Position numbers and translations under genes: made by a program. A stretch of DNA of 59,939 nt, the filler included, from Sphacelaria rigidula (lineage: Eukaryota): assembly GCA_964200075.2 (NCBI GenBank). It is 8 parts of 8 records of this genome, joined end to end, with 100 filler letters (N's around TTAATTAATTAA, not from the genome) between each part and the next. Parts side by side here need not be neighbours in the genome. Positions count along the whole stretch, not along the records: positions 37,528 to 44,931 come from CAXNAA020015076.1; positions 45,032 to 52,435 come from CAXNAA020015077.1; 6 more parts are not named here. One strand, 5' to 3'. Below, piece after piece: positions 38,683-50,996 of the stretch (positions within the stretch are counted from its first letter, which is position 1; every line of letters begins with the position of its first letter). The notes under the pieces were generated by a model, which worked only from the letters and a program-made list of their open reading frames with translations, was not told the origin of the DNA and made no database searches.

Positions 38683-39559
38683 GGCGGTTGGGTGGAGACA
38701 TTAGCATGATCCATCATCATCATCCTCCATCATCCTTTAAACGATGCAATGTATCATGGCCATCATGATTAGTATTTCGCGAGCTTCCACTTGGCCGACA
38801 ACGCTCGCCGAAGCTCCTCGATCGCCGCTTCATAATCCCCACACCTCGAGAACACGAAACTTCCTGAGGTCAGCACATTTGCTCCCGCGGCCACGCAGGC
38901 CGCTGCGGTATCCGCGTTAACACCACCGTCCACCTGGCCGCAGGTTCAGGGTCGATTTCACGTCGTCAGAGTTTGTGGCCATCAAATGGTTTGGCTTGGT
39001 TGGATTCCAGGGGTGCGTGGGAGCGCGAGTGGATGTTGAGTTTGTCTTTTGCCGTCCGCACCTGACACGAATATTTAGGGGCTCAAGTTGCCACTTTTTT
39101 CCCCCTTAGACTTGAAGTTTCAGCTGGGTGTGAAATCTCTATGAATGCGGGTCCTCACAGCGAGTCCTTAACGCATTTGACTGATTGTCGTACATGAACT
39201 GATCCCCGAGGGACCCACCTGTGGTCATTGTCCACAAAATAGGGAACGCTCGCTGGGAAAAAGTCAAGAAAGGTTGAAAAGCAGAAATATTGGACAGACA
39301 ATTAGATTAGACCGAAAAAAAGAACGAAGGAAAAGTCGAAAAGAAGCCCGAAAAAAACATATACTAGAAATGGCCGGCCTCTGCAACATAGCTTCAGGTG
39401 GACAAGGTCTTGGGCGGAAGTGCACATGCACTTTTACCGAAACGAAAAACAAAAAACCATGGGAATAGATTGCGGCCCAGCTGCATCGGCCACATTCTTT
39501 GGCGGCATAAGCTCTCACCCATGAACCCTACAGAAGCTAGGCACCGAACTGCGACTTGC

Positions 39560-39922
39560 ATGTGTGTGTGTGTTGTGTTGTCGCCCCATCTATTCTGGAC
39601 GCCAGTCTACACCTTTCGGTATATGTGGGCGCACCAGCCGGGGTCATACAGGAGAAAGGTCAACGCACGAGCTTTTTCTTTTTTATTTGTTTTTGGTACC
39701 CTACTTTCCTCCTGCGGTGCTTGCCTTTCCTTTTTATCGCGAGTGGGGTTCAGCAGACACCCTTCCCTCGTCGACCGTGAAGTCGAATTTTGTGTACCCA
39801 CGACATAGTCGCTCTCCACTGTTGGGCATGGTGTGAGGAAAGAACCCAGATCGCTCAGAGAATTGAACCCACGACCCAACCGTCAGAAGGTGTCGAGGTT
39901 ACCAACTGAGCCACCGGGGCGA
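39560..39922 (-). mobile_element. tRNA-derived SINE, family A
   Basis: Head GCCCCGGTGGCTCAGTTGGTA (A box) ... GGGTTCAATTC (B box), a unique body and a CA-rich tail. Partial copy at 22518-22605; tail-like piece at ~57395-57425. Confidence 0.8.
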
Positions 39923-39959
39923 CCGGTCACACCGGATATAACTAAAACTCTACGCATAT

Positions 39960-42900
39960 ATATGAAGATAGAGAGATGGGGAGAGAAATAGAGTACAGAG
40001 AATAAGGAAACTGCGGAAGAGGTGAAGCCAAGGGCCCCGTAGAGCAGATACAACCGCACAACCAGGGAACACACAAGACCACCGACTCAGGACAAAGTCA
40101 ACAACCGATAGGGAGAAGACAGGGGTACATCGATTTCCGTGCCAACCCAGCTTCCCCCGTTCATGCCTAATCGGGTACAAAGCGGGCAATTCCTCTAGGT
40201 CATTTTCGTTCTGAATTCCTCGCGAACTGTTCATGTTGGAGGCTCTCGAAGCAGCCAGCAGCCTCTCGTTTGTGGCGAAGGTCCGATTCTCGTTTGTCTC
40301 CGCCTCGTCCCGTCTCCTTGAACTCTTCCGCCTTTCTCTTCGACTCCAAGATGCCATTTGCCCATGCTCTTCGCCGCAATGACCCAATATTGCGCGTCTT
40401 TGACCTCCACACCGTAGATGAACCACTTTCGTCGCGCCCATCACCGTGGAAGGGCCCCTAGTGCGCGTAGGTTCTCCTGGAGGTTGTGCCCCTAGTGTTT
40501 TGGAGGTTGGCCAGCCTCCTTGGGCCCTTGTGCCACTAATCGACCGAGCATGATGCGTTTGGGAAGACGTGTTTCGTCCTGCCGGGCAAGGGCCCCCGCG
40601 AACCAGAGTTGACGCTTGCGGATGGTCGTCTCAATACGTGTGCTGTCGGTCATCTCGAGGACATCTTCGTACGACAGAACCCTCTTGTCAGTTCGCTCCT
40701 TCCTGCGTAATCCAACCACTCGCAGCAAAAGCTCGTGGAAGGCACTGCGCATACTCTTGAAGTCCTCAAGACGCAGCGTCCACGTAGCACATCCATACAT
40801 AGCTTCCACCACGTCCGCTTTAAGCAGCCAGATTTGCCAGACAGAGGTTGCTAGGCGTTGGGTCGACCGTGGAGTTCGGAACTATACTTCTGGAGGTGTG
40901 CCCACGCAGCGCCGATGCGTCGGATGATTTCAATGGACATGGTCGCATCCGCGCTGACAGCACCACCAAGATAGACAAACGGTGCCGTCTGCGTATACCG
41001 TTACTTGCCGCGCTGATGAGCAGGACGGTATCTGGGGAGGGTCCTGATCACAGGCATATCTCCACTCCCCTAGCACCCCGCTAGATGCCCGAAGCGCAGC
41101 GTTATGCTGCGGAAGTGGTACAGAATCTTCCTAGACTCCCCGATCAGTCCACGCTTGAGAACTTCAGCAGGTAGACTATCCGGGCCCGTCGCTTTGCCGT
41201 TACCCATAGCTCTCAGGGCCTCCTCAGTTTCACTTGAACTTGCCGGGTCCCCAAGCGACAGCGCTACCGGTCGTTGCGCAATATTCTCGATGACGGTTCC
41301 GTCGATAGTTGCCGATACGACATTCAGGGAGGTCGAGAAGTACCGTTCTCATATCTCACAGATGGGGCCTTTGTCCCGCAGTAGGTTCCTGTCCACGTCC
41401 CCGATAGACTGCTCGCTCTGTATTGCATCTGCTTGATCTGTATAGACTGCTCGCTCTGTATTGTGTCCCGCCAGACTCCACCCTCCTTTCAGACGTCTCT
41501 ACCATCCTCTCATGTTCCCAAATATTTTATACCCTTCCAATTCCTTCGCATACCCCTCCAGGTACCTGTCCACCACAGTTTGGATCACCTCTGTATGTTA
41601 CCTGCACGCTGCTCGCCATGTTCGCCGTGCGGCGTTATCTCTCGGCCCCGGTTGCGCCGTCGACCTCGCTTTTTCCCCTTCACTCCAGGCCTATCCGAAT
41701 TCCGTTCGGATGGCACCATCCTCGAACCACCCCAGTTCACGTCGCTATCGAATCTGATAGGGCTACACCTTCTCAGTAGAGCTCGGGAGTACGACGGCAA
41801 ATTTGGCAGCCAGTGTATACTGACAGTATCGCCAGTGCTACACTTCTTGAGCTCGCTGATAATGGGCAGGATGAGTTGCTCAAGTGTATGGATGTTCCAT
41901 ATTATTGCCCGCCTGTCGATTTGTTCGCGCCCAGTGGGGGTTCGCCGAGGTCTGTTGCGTGCGAAGCGACCGAGGAGCCGCACTGGGGCGCATACGACGT
42001 TGTGGTCAGAGTCCGGCGAGTTTCGGTGGTTGAAGGTGGACGGTGACATTGCGGACAAGCCTGCGGCAATTTTGCCATGTGAGGATGCAGTCAATGTGTT
42101 TTCGTCCGCGGGACGACTCGCAATACCATTCGAACGTACGCGATGTGCCGCCCTTTGGGATGGAGAAAAATGCGTTGAATGGGGCGAACCTGTTGTCACC
42201 CACAAATTGTAGTAAATAGATGCACTTGCTGTCGTTTTTTCGGGAGACCCCGCGGGAGACCCGGCTGTATGTCCTCACTATTCTACATTCCACCTCGCCT
42301 GTTCTTACCCCAATCCTAGCGTTATAATCCATCACAATAAACAGGTGGTGTCTGTTGAGGACTCGGTTGAGAGTGTTGCCCAGCTCAGCCCAGAACATAT
42401 CTCTCTCTCCTCTCGAGTTTTCATGAATCTGTAAAGGAACAGGCCACTGCAAACATGACAGCTTTCTCTTTGCCTACGAGGTTAGTAGTCATAGAGACAT
42501 GAATCATTCCCTGATGAGTGTCTGAGTCCACGTCGCCTCATTAATGATCGACTGCTTGACTGCCAACCCGACCCTATGTTGTTTATCCCTTCCCTTATCA
42601 TCTTCAGCCCCGCAGCAGAAGACACGGTATCCCACGGCGGCGAACTCGATTTGGGCCTCCTTGTTTTCTGCAGTTCGACGACGTCACACCCCACCGCTTG
42701 ATCTTTCCCGTGAGGAACAGTGCACGGACGTCATAGATTGCCACTTTCAGCTTCCCTGCACGCGACCTACCTCTAGCATTATATAAATACTAGTGGTAAG
42801 CGACGGCTGAAGCGCGTGGCAGGAGTGTTGCAGGTATCTACGGCACAAGCCTCGCACGCGTGTAGGTTTTGAACAAAATGACGAAAAACAAAAAATGACC

Positions 42901-43000
42901 CTGACGTTAACCATAACTTATGAGTAGGAGCAGATAAGGACTTTCGACCCCACGGCTACTCGTAGCCACCACGAAAAAATAGAGGAAGCCTGGCCATGTT
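39960..43000 (-). mobile_element. Decayed non-LTR retrotransposon (RTE-like LINE; APE endonuclease plus RT remnants, RT core deleted)
   Basis: Frameshifted motifs: LKVAIYDVRAL, GCDVVELQKTRR, LFIVMDYNARIG, HIDCILT, SDHNVV (APE); KATGPDSLPAEVLK (RT region 0); FVYLGG, YGCATWTL and RKRQLWFAGALARQDETRLPKRIM (RTE C-terminus). Confidence 0.9.
42938..42997 (-). ncRNA. Candidate HDV-like self-cleaving ribozyme (degenerate) in the LINE 5' leader
   Basis: The element order P1-P2-P3-L3-P3'-P1'-P4-CGAA-P2' can be assigned manually. It contains TCGTGGTGG, resembling the CCUCGUGG core of retrotransposon HDV-like ribozymes. Confidence 0.35.
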
Positions 43001-43564
43001 GGCGCCAACCCGATAGCACTAGAGTCATGGAGAACTCATCCCGAAAAAGCAAGGGCCGAACCGAGTAAAATAGCGCACGTCTCTCATCCCCCAACCGGAG
43101 GTACAGCAGTATCTCGTCAACGCGTGCCTCGGATCATTTTTGTTGAGGTGGTATCCTATCAGATATAGTATATATGTAGAATATTTCGAAGTCACGAGCG
43201 TGCAGCATAGTTTGTAACGAGGCGTCCACGAGATTTGATGCTGATCTTAGTGTCAAGTTCCTCCACACCCGCTCCGGGAGATGACTGTTCGGGCCAATGC
43301 CGATGCTAGGGGTCCGGTTCGTGGATTCGTGCTCCAGTTTGTTCGGGGGTACACAAGCGTTCGCGACCGTTCGAACGGACGCATGATCGCGGTGGTCCTG
43401 CAATGTTTCCAGCGATTTATATTGGAAAAAGTGTGTAATGTCCGCACCCGCCCGCACACGAGCTTGCCATAATGTACGTATATTGGAATTATAATAATAG
43501 TATATGTAAAGTTTAGCATGTAGAAAAGGTGAAATCTGGGCACTCGGTTGCAAGATATGCGTCT

Positions 43565-43915
43565 ACTCTGTAGCGGAAAGATGATAATGCGCACGTTAGA
43601 GACGTCGGCATGCGTTCGAACCCCGTGTCGGGTACTTCCTTTTGCTCGTAGGGCGTGAGCAAAACACTGTTCCTTCACACCAGGAGTTCTCAGCGTGTGA
43701 GAGTAATCTGTAGGTGAAACATGACATTGTAGATGCGCATGACGTCAGTGTTGGTTCGAACCCTGTGTCGGCTACATGTTTCTTGCTCGTAGTGCATGAG
43801 TAGAACACTGCTTCTTCACACCGGGAGTCGCGTTCGAGTCCTGGGTCGGGTGTTTTTTTCTTGCTGGTGGTGCCGTATAAGAACACAGCTTTTCTACACC
43901 AGGGTTCGATTTTGT
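43565..43915 (+). repeat. Tandem array of degenerate tRNA-like units (A-B-A-B-B)
   Basis: GTTCGA B-box motifs near 43614, 43754, 43832 and 43904. Unit B (TGCTCGTAGTGCATGAGTAGAACACTG..TTCACACC.GGAG) occurs three times and unit A (TCTGTAG...GACGTC...GTTCGAACCC.GTGTCGG.TAC) twice. Confidence 0.65.
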
Positions 43916-44584
43916 CTTCCATTGCAATATTCGCACTTTCTCTCATCATTCATACCCACGGTCCTATTCCTCATCGTCTCGCAAATTTTGTTCCCATCAT
44001 CATATTATCCCTTCCCACTTCCATTAACCAACAACGTCTTCTCTGCAAACAAACACAATAACCTCGAAGGCATCGGTGCGAGCAGAGGGAATGTTACGAC
44101 ATGTCGACCGTCGCCCTCTTTCTCAGTCGCGCTGCAATCTTCTTCTTATACACTTTTCCTCATCGTTCCACCCGCAATCCAGTGCTCTTTCTCGTCATAT
44201 TTATTCTAATTGATGGATTGATTGATTGATTGTCGCACTTCAAGTGACCATCCATGGGTTCAGCCGTGGTCGTATGATAGACGTACCCAACAAAAGCAAA
44301 ACTGAAACATTCGTTCAAGAAAACGGGGAAGCAGAAAAAAGTCGAACAGAACAATAATATTTGTAAAGAAAGAAAAAATCAACAAAAGCAAAGCACAGAA
44401 AGAGATGGCCGACCTGAAAAAAAAAGGAACAAAAAAAAAAAAGGGAATCAAATGATTCAAAAAAAGAAAAAGCCCAAGGGGTTCGGGGCAGCAGACTATA
44501 TGCAGACACACACCAGTGGGCACCGCAGAGCCACCGACTAAGGACGTAATCCACAACCTATCCAACATGAATTGTAACCGAGAA

Positions 44585-44860
44585 TGATTTCTCACGAGAG
44601 CTTGGCAAGGCAAGAATACCGCGACCCTCCAAGAAGACGGGCGGGATCGCGGCGCTCTACTGTCTTGGATACCCAGTTTTGCTCGTCGTTCATACCCGCA
44701 GTCCTGGAGGAGTTTACGTATGTTTTTGTTTTATATGTGCGATGAACATTTCGAGAGAGGATCCATTCTCACGAGGACTTGGCAAGGCGAGAATACCGAA
44801 ACCCTCGAAAAAGACAGACGGGACCGGGGCGCAGCCCCGGGTCCCGTGCGTCTTGTATAT
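44585..44860 (+). repeat. Two diverged tandem copies of a ~90-bp repeat
   Basis: TTCTCACGAG..CTTGGCAAGGC.AGAATACCG..ACCCTC.A..AAGAC...CGGGA at ~44589 and ~44766. Confidence 0.75.
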
Positions 44861-45144
44861 ATACTATTCTTATTCATCATGTTTGTCTGCATTCCGCGTC
44901 TCTGGACGCAGGTGCAACAATCACGGAGCCTNNNNNNNNNNNNNNNNNNNNNNNNNNNNNNNNNNNNNNNNNNNNTTAATTAATTAANNNNNNNNNNNNN
45001 NNNNNNNNNNNNNNNNNNNNNNNNNNNNNNNAAAAAATGGGTACGCCCCCCCCCCCCCCGATATCGTAGGATTGCTCACAAGCCAAACATCGTCACCCTC
45101 AGTCCTCCTGATACGCTGCACCAGGGATATACACACGAACATAC

Positions 45145-48100
45145 CTTGGCCAACTTCTGCTGCAAACTGTCGACCACCTCTAGTAGCTCTGCGGCCCTCA
45201 CGACAGCCGAATCAGCCGCATCAGCGGTACGGTGTAGCTCGTCATCCGCCACTTGCCAGCGTTGCATGCTGTCCGCCACTTCTGAGAGATAGGGCTCCAC
45301 CTGTGTTTTGATGGCCATCGAATTTATTATATCTTCGTATAAAATTTCATGGGATTTTATTCTCTTGGTACAAAATTTCGTGAGATTGATTTGACTCACG
45401 AGCATGTTTGCGTGTATGTTCCTCGTGCTTTTTTTTTATTCTCCTCTCTCTTGAAAAGTCAAGAAATCTCGCTGTGTTTGTGTACGTGTCGTTTATTAGA
45501 TTCCATCCCGTCAAGCGTGACGAATTCCTTTGCTTGTTGTTGTTGTTGTTATTGTTGTTGTAGACTTTACCACTTGGTAGTTCAAGATAGTTCTCAGGAA
45601 TTTACGGCTTGTGGACAGGTGCAGTATTGGATTTTAGTGTACCCGAAATCCGGATATTTGAAGGGAGCTGTGCTCCTGGCGTGCTCCTAGAGTGCGCAGA
45701 ACGCGTTTTTGTCTAAACCGGCGCCTGGGGCGCCGATTTGAGGTCTTGCAACGCGCACTCCGCCTAGGGAACACGTTGCATCCCCTTGCTCGAGGGTTCT
45801 CGGTACATCTTCGTTGGGATTAGGGTAAGGGTAAGGGTTAGGGTTAGGGTTAGTGTCATTCGAAATGCATCAGCATCTGCGCAAACCATAACTTTCCGAG
45901 AAATATATGTCAACTACCAAGTGGAAAAATCACCTCTGTTGTTGTTTTCATGGTCCAATATTGTTGTTGGGTCATCCTTGTACCAGGAGTGTTGCCTTTA
46001 TTTTTTTCCGCCAGGTTGTCATTTGGACGCCTTTTCAACGACACCGAAGCTTTTAGTTTTGTTTTTCTCTCTTTCTCTCTGTTTCCTGTAGGCGAAGCAT
46101 GCAATACATTGAAAAGTTGAAAGACAAAAGTGACTAAGCTTTGGAATAAATGGAATAATTACACTAAATCTTTTCCAGTCAAAGATGTAACCGCCTTTTG
46201 GAAACCAAAAGCCGTTACACCTCTTAAACCCACGAACGGAAACTTGAGCTTTGATATTCTCAGCCTTCAAGTGGACATGATGCACATTCCGCCAGATAGT
46301 CAGACCGGAGCGGTCAAAGAGTTATCATGAGTTGAAGGGGTCGCACGTTTATGTCCAAGTGTTGCTCATTGAGAGTTCCTAAAATAAGGAGCTGCACAAT
46401 AATACGTGTCGGGACATTTCCGTTTTGAAATTAGTTGAAAACATCCCAGCCCCTTGGGACGCTAATGGTGGCGTGCCCTCCCATACTTCGTGAGTCGTGT
46501 TTTGGATGAAATAAAGGACTACCAATAATTCAAACCTGGGAATTTTGTGCAACCGTACAGTGGCATCACTCTGAGCATACATGTATACTTGGTATCGTCA
46601 TACTTGACATGCCTCCTATTCTTCGGACAAGCCAGTAATCTCAAGGGGTCAACGCATCCATCCCTTGGTTCGGTGCTCCGTCTCGAAAGGGATGCGTGGT
46701 CAATGGTCAAACGACTGAGGCAAGCAACGAATGAGTACACACTATAGACCCCACCCCCCACACGACCCTGGACACGACAATTTGNNNNNNNNNNCTCGCG
46801 CTTGTCTCCTCTTGTTAGGTGGGATGGCTTGTTCCAGCGCCACCCAACTACGTCAGCCACCAAAATACCGCCCCCCCCCCCCCCCCCCCCCCGGCACACG
46901 CCTTACATTATGGTATACATGGTTATGGTATATGACCACCCCCGGGCACCATCGACCTTCGTCGAACTCCTATTCGCCACCCGTGCCATCCTTATGCTTA
47001 TATTTTCGCTCACTTCTAATCCCTCCTTTTCCTCAGGCAGGACGACTCTGTGGTCTCAAGAGATCAACCCGTCTCTCCCCCAGTACACACCTTACACTTC
47101 GGTATCGCGGATTGGATGATGACCACTCCCGCACAGCGTCGACGGTCATCTGACAAACTCAGCTAAAAGGGCTTTTTTCTTTTGCTACTCACGTACTCAC
47201 GCTTTCAATGACGAAAATCATATGTATGTACATGTATCATTTCACTTTTTTCACCACTTTTGCCGAATTTTCTCTGGCAGCAAGGCATCTATCTCATAAC
47301 GCGCTTTCTTTTGCAGTGCGCGAAGAAGGCGCAGCGGTACATTACTTTTCAGGTTTGGGTATCATCTGATACCTGTGGCGTGTGTTATCGCCATCGAAAG
47401 TCGCTCGCACTGGCTCTTTTTCGTGAGGTATCGATCCCGAGCAACAAAAGCCTTCCCAAGTTCATGAAAGACTTCAAGCAGCAGGGTGATTGTTGACGTG
47501 GTATTTCCCCCCCGTGTTTCTCCTCGTCGCGTTCTCGTTCATTTGGGAGCACGAGGACACCGCTAATGCCGCCAATGTCACGAGAAAATGAGAGCAACGC
47601 AGTTGAAAACATTTGAACATTCCCTTGGCCTTAGTCAGCAGCAAACACCAGACCGTGCGGTAAGCCTTTGATGAGCTGAACAAGGCACACACGCGGGCAA
47701 ACGTCCCCACTGTGGATCACCTGTATTGACCAGCAAATGGGGGTGCCGAAATCCCTGTGATCATGTAACCCATAGGACGCACCTGTGAAGCATAAGCGCA
47801 GGGATATCCTTGTGACAGGGTTGACAGGTTTGTCCTTGTGACAGCGATGACAGGCACAGGGATACCCTTGTGGCAAGGATGACAGATATGCCCTTGTGAC
47901 AAGGATGTATCCCTACACAAGTACTTCACAGAGGGGACCTAAAGAAATGTACGTAAGCAACGGTTGGAACTATGGCGATGCCACGAGCCCTAACGCTAAC
48001 CCTAACATCGACCAAGGCATACCGACAACTCTCGGGCAAGGGGGGTGCAGAGTGTTTCTTAAGGGCCGTTATTATCGACACAGCTTTTTAGATCGACAAG

Positions 48101-49983
48101 ATTTTAGGCGTTTTCGCACCTGGCGCTTGGCCTTCTCCGAAAATGAAGCGGCTAGATTTTTCCACCTGGCCTTCACGTTTGGCAAACGCCAAATATTTCG
48201 GACCGCAGCGCAATACTCCGCAGAGTTGCCCTTGGCGGACGCCGTGGCGCTCGCAAGCAAGCGAGAATCATCAGGAAGCTTGCTAGTGACACCCTGGGCT
48301 ATGCCGTGGAGTGAAAAGCACAGCGGATTGGCGGTGTCTATTTTCTTAGACCGTGTGTGCCCCGGCAGCGGTGTTGGGGCTGTTGGGGCCGAGCACGGTG
48401 GTCGTCGTTTGCAGACAAACGCACTTTTTAAGTGAAGAGCAGAAACGATCCAGTAAGTACCTACTTGCCCACAGTGCTGCTTCGAGTGTACGCTACTGCA
48501 CCGTCCGAAAAGTGTATAGCTGGTGGTTATATTTGGTGTATCTGCGCATACAACTCACAGAGAGCAAGCATGCTGCAATCTATGCACGGGGCTTTCTGCA
48601 GTCGGTATTTCTACTCATGTGTGCTCCTGCAGCATCCCGAGAGAGCCAGTCAATCACGCCCCAGCCTGTCCGACTGCTCCCCCGTGTCACAGAGAGGTTG
48701 TGAGAAATATGTTTACCACAGTTATGAACGCCACACACGGCCGGTAGCATAACTCTGTCCTTTATTTTGCCGGCGAAGGCAAGCAATCGACGAGGTCAAC
48801 ACCATCTGTAATGAGATATCTAACAGCAAGAGTAAATTTAGATAATAACGAGCCCTAGGCTATTGCCGGAAATTCAGACCTTCTCCCATATTTTTCATTC
48901 GACGGTAATGAAGGCCCTGAGTAAAGCGTGCGTTGCGAGAGCTCAAATCGACGCTTTTGAGCCGATTTTAAACCAAAACACGTTCTGGACGACCAGGGTC
49001 TACTGCTCATCACTGCTCTCCTGCCCCATATCATGGATTTTCTCATAACTTTCTTTATTCTGAAATAAAGTGAAATCGAGTACCAATCATCAAATTGGAA
49101 AATGCGGGTATATGATATGATGGGTGAACTGTGGCCAAAGGTGTGCATTCAAAGTCGTACGTGACCTGTAACAACGTGAGATTGAGAGTAGAGCGCTGAT
49201 TGAGAGTGGCTTTGGTCATTCGGTCTAATTTGCCCGTTTTTTTATTTCGTGCGTGCTTTTGTTTGCCTCCATCACTGGCTTGTGCTTATAGTTACACATC
49301 GATATCCTACTCAGGGATATCAAGGGCGTCAGTGGCATGCTACTACAGAAAGCATATCGGGCCTCGTGGAGGGGTATTTCGGAACTGAAACGAGTTATTC
49401 ATTCATTGACCGCTCCTCCCTCCCAATCGTATCCTCTACTCTCAATCTCACGAAAACATTGTTCCATGTAATTGGAGGCCCCCTCATCAGTTGTGTCTGT
49501 CCACGTTTCTTTATTTTCCGCCAGGGCAATAAATACCTGCTCAATCGTCGCGGACAAAGCGACGACTCGCGCGCTTTTTCTCTGTTTTTTCAACCCATAT
49601 TGGCGTCCCATCGTCTCGAAAATAAAATTGGAGTTCCTAACGGCGTTACTGACACATAAATATAAATAATAAACTAGATTGGAGTTCCCAACGGCGTTAC
49701 TGAAACATACGTGTGTAAGTAAGCGGTACAGCGTCCTCTCCGACGGTGTACATGCTGCTAATAAAAACAATACATACTACAGCAGTACCGTTGTAATGTT
49801 TCAATAATACTGCAGACATACTAAGACGGTACCGTTGTAATATCACAATCATAATCGATGTCAGGGAGGAATGAGTACCAAAGGTGGGAATGAGATAACG
49901 TACCGTATTGGCCTGTGCGTTGTCCTTGGCCAGATTTCCCTATGGCCGTCTCCCGCCGCCAACGCTAATTCGTCATAACTCAT
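45145..49983 (-). CDS. Hypothetical protein with helical/coiled-coil region, 3'-partial; proposed exons 49983-49904, 49581-49537, 48282-48120, 45300-45145
   Basis: Four GT-AG-bounded segments join in compatible phases (2, 2, 0) without stops: MSYDELALAAG...|EKARESSL...|KLPDDSRLLAS...EKAKRQ|VEPYLSEVADSMQRWQVADDELHR...LQQKLAK. The last exon is the most convincing. No family recognised. Confidence 0.5.
45817..45853 (+). repeat. Interstitial TTAGGG-like repeat
   Basis: GGGATTAGGGTAAGGGTAAGGGTTAGGGTTAGGGTTAG. A shorter CCCTAA-type run occurs at ~47988-48006. Confidence 0.7.
47703..47939. mobile_element. MITE-like element with TIRs and internal CCTTGTGACA subrepeats
   Basis: GTCCCCACTGTGGATCACCTGT pairs imperfectly with ACAAGTACTTCACAGAGGGGAC. 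(GGGATAT)CCTTGTGACAG variants repeat inside. Confidence 0.6.
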
Positions 49984-50049
49984 CGCTTTGCGCCTCCATC
50001 ACCATTCCAAGCGTGGGTGTGTATCTCACCATCTGTACATACCCATAGT

Positions 50050-50765
50050 TTGTGCTCATCGGCGAATCTCAAAGGTTTTTACCCGACTCCTGCCGCCGTA
50101 CGTTCGCTGTGATCGGCGAATTTGGGAAAGTACTAAATTGATACGTTGATATCGACGGACGACCCGAGAGCATTGGCATGCCGTTCCTCATCAACTGTAT
50201 TTTTTTGTAATTCCACGGACGACCCAGCGTCTACAGCCGCTGTACGATCGTGCTCATCGGCTGATTTGTCAAATTTTACTCCCCGCTCGTCACAATCGGC
50301 GAGTTATGGTAAATTCAAATGGATTCCTATTTTTTGGTGCAGATCTCGATACGTTGCATTCCTCGAACGAGCGGTCTCTTTCATCGTGCGGATTTTCAGA
50401 AGTTCAATTTCACCGACGTCCCGACGTCTACAGCCACTACGGGTATACGATTGTGCTCGTCGGCTGATTTGTCAAATTTTACTCCCCGCTCGTCCGAATC
50501 GGCGAATCGGTAAATTCGAAAATTATTCCTATTTTTTGGTGCGGATCTCGATACGTTGCATTTCTCGGACAAGCCGCCATTTTATTCCTATTTTTTGGTG
50601 CAGATCTCGATAAGTTGCATTTCTCGGAAGAGCCGTCGTGAACAGCCGCTATATACAGTCGTGCTGATCGCCTACTCTTCGAATGCTACTCCCCGCTCGC
50701 CCCTCTCGGCGAATTCTTGGAATTTCTCTATTATTTTCTGCAGATTACATACGTTGCATTTCACA
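50050..50765 (+). repeat. Diverged ~200-bp tandem repeat (3-4 units)
   Basis: GTGCTCATCGGCTGATTTGTCAAATTTTACTCCCCGCTCG and TTCCTATTTTTTGGTGC(A/G)GATCTCGATACGTTGCATT recur. Confidence 0.8.
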
Positions 50766-50996
50766 CACTACCCGTATATACAACGGCTTCACGTTCGAGC
50801 TCTTCGGTTAACTTCAAATTTTCTCGAACGTTCACTATTTTCCTCTTCAGCTAATTTCAAACCTCCCATATAATCCCAGACGCAGAAGATCCGCCTCTGT
50901 GTCGATTCGACACGTCAAACTGTCTCGCCCGCACCCAAGCCCTTCGCCATCATTATTTTTGGCACCCCCAACACAGCCTAAACTATGCTGCATATT

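Noticed and set aside
39850..39922. Functional tRNA gene
   Set aside because: A and B boxes are present but there is no closed cloverleaf, and it continues into a repeated body. It is a SINE head.
41433..42212. 259-aa plus-strand ORF
   Set aside because: Antisense to the RTE endonuclease remnant.
45817..45853. True telomere
   Set aside because: Short, degenerate and internal to a scaffold and intron.
49625..49710. Two ~33-bp direct repeats with a short spacer (CRISPR-like)
   Set aside because: Only two imperfect copies, an AT-only spacer, eukaryotic intron context and no cas genes. It is a local duplication.
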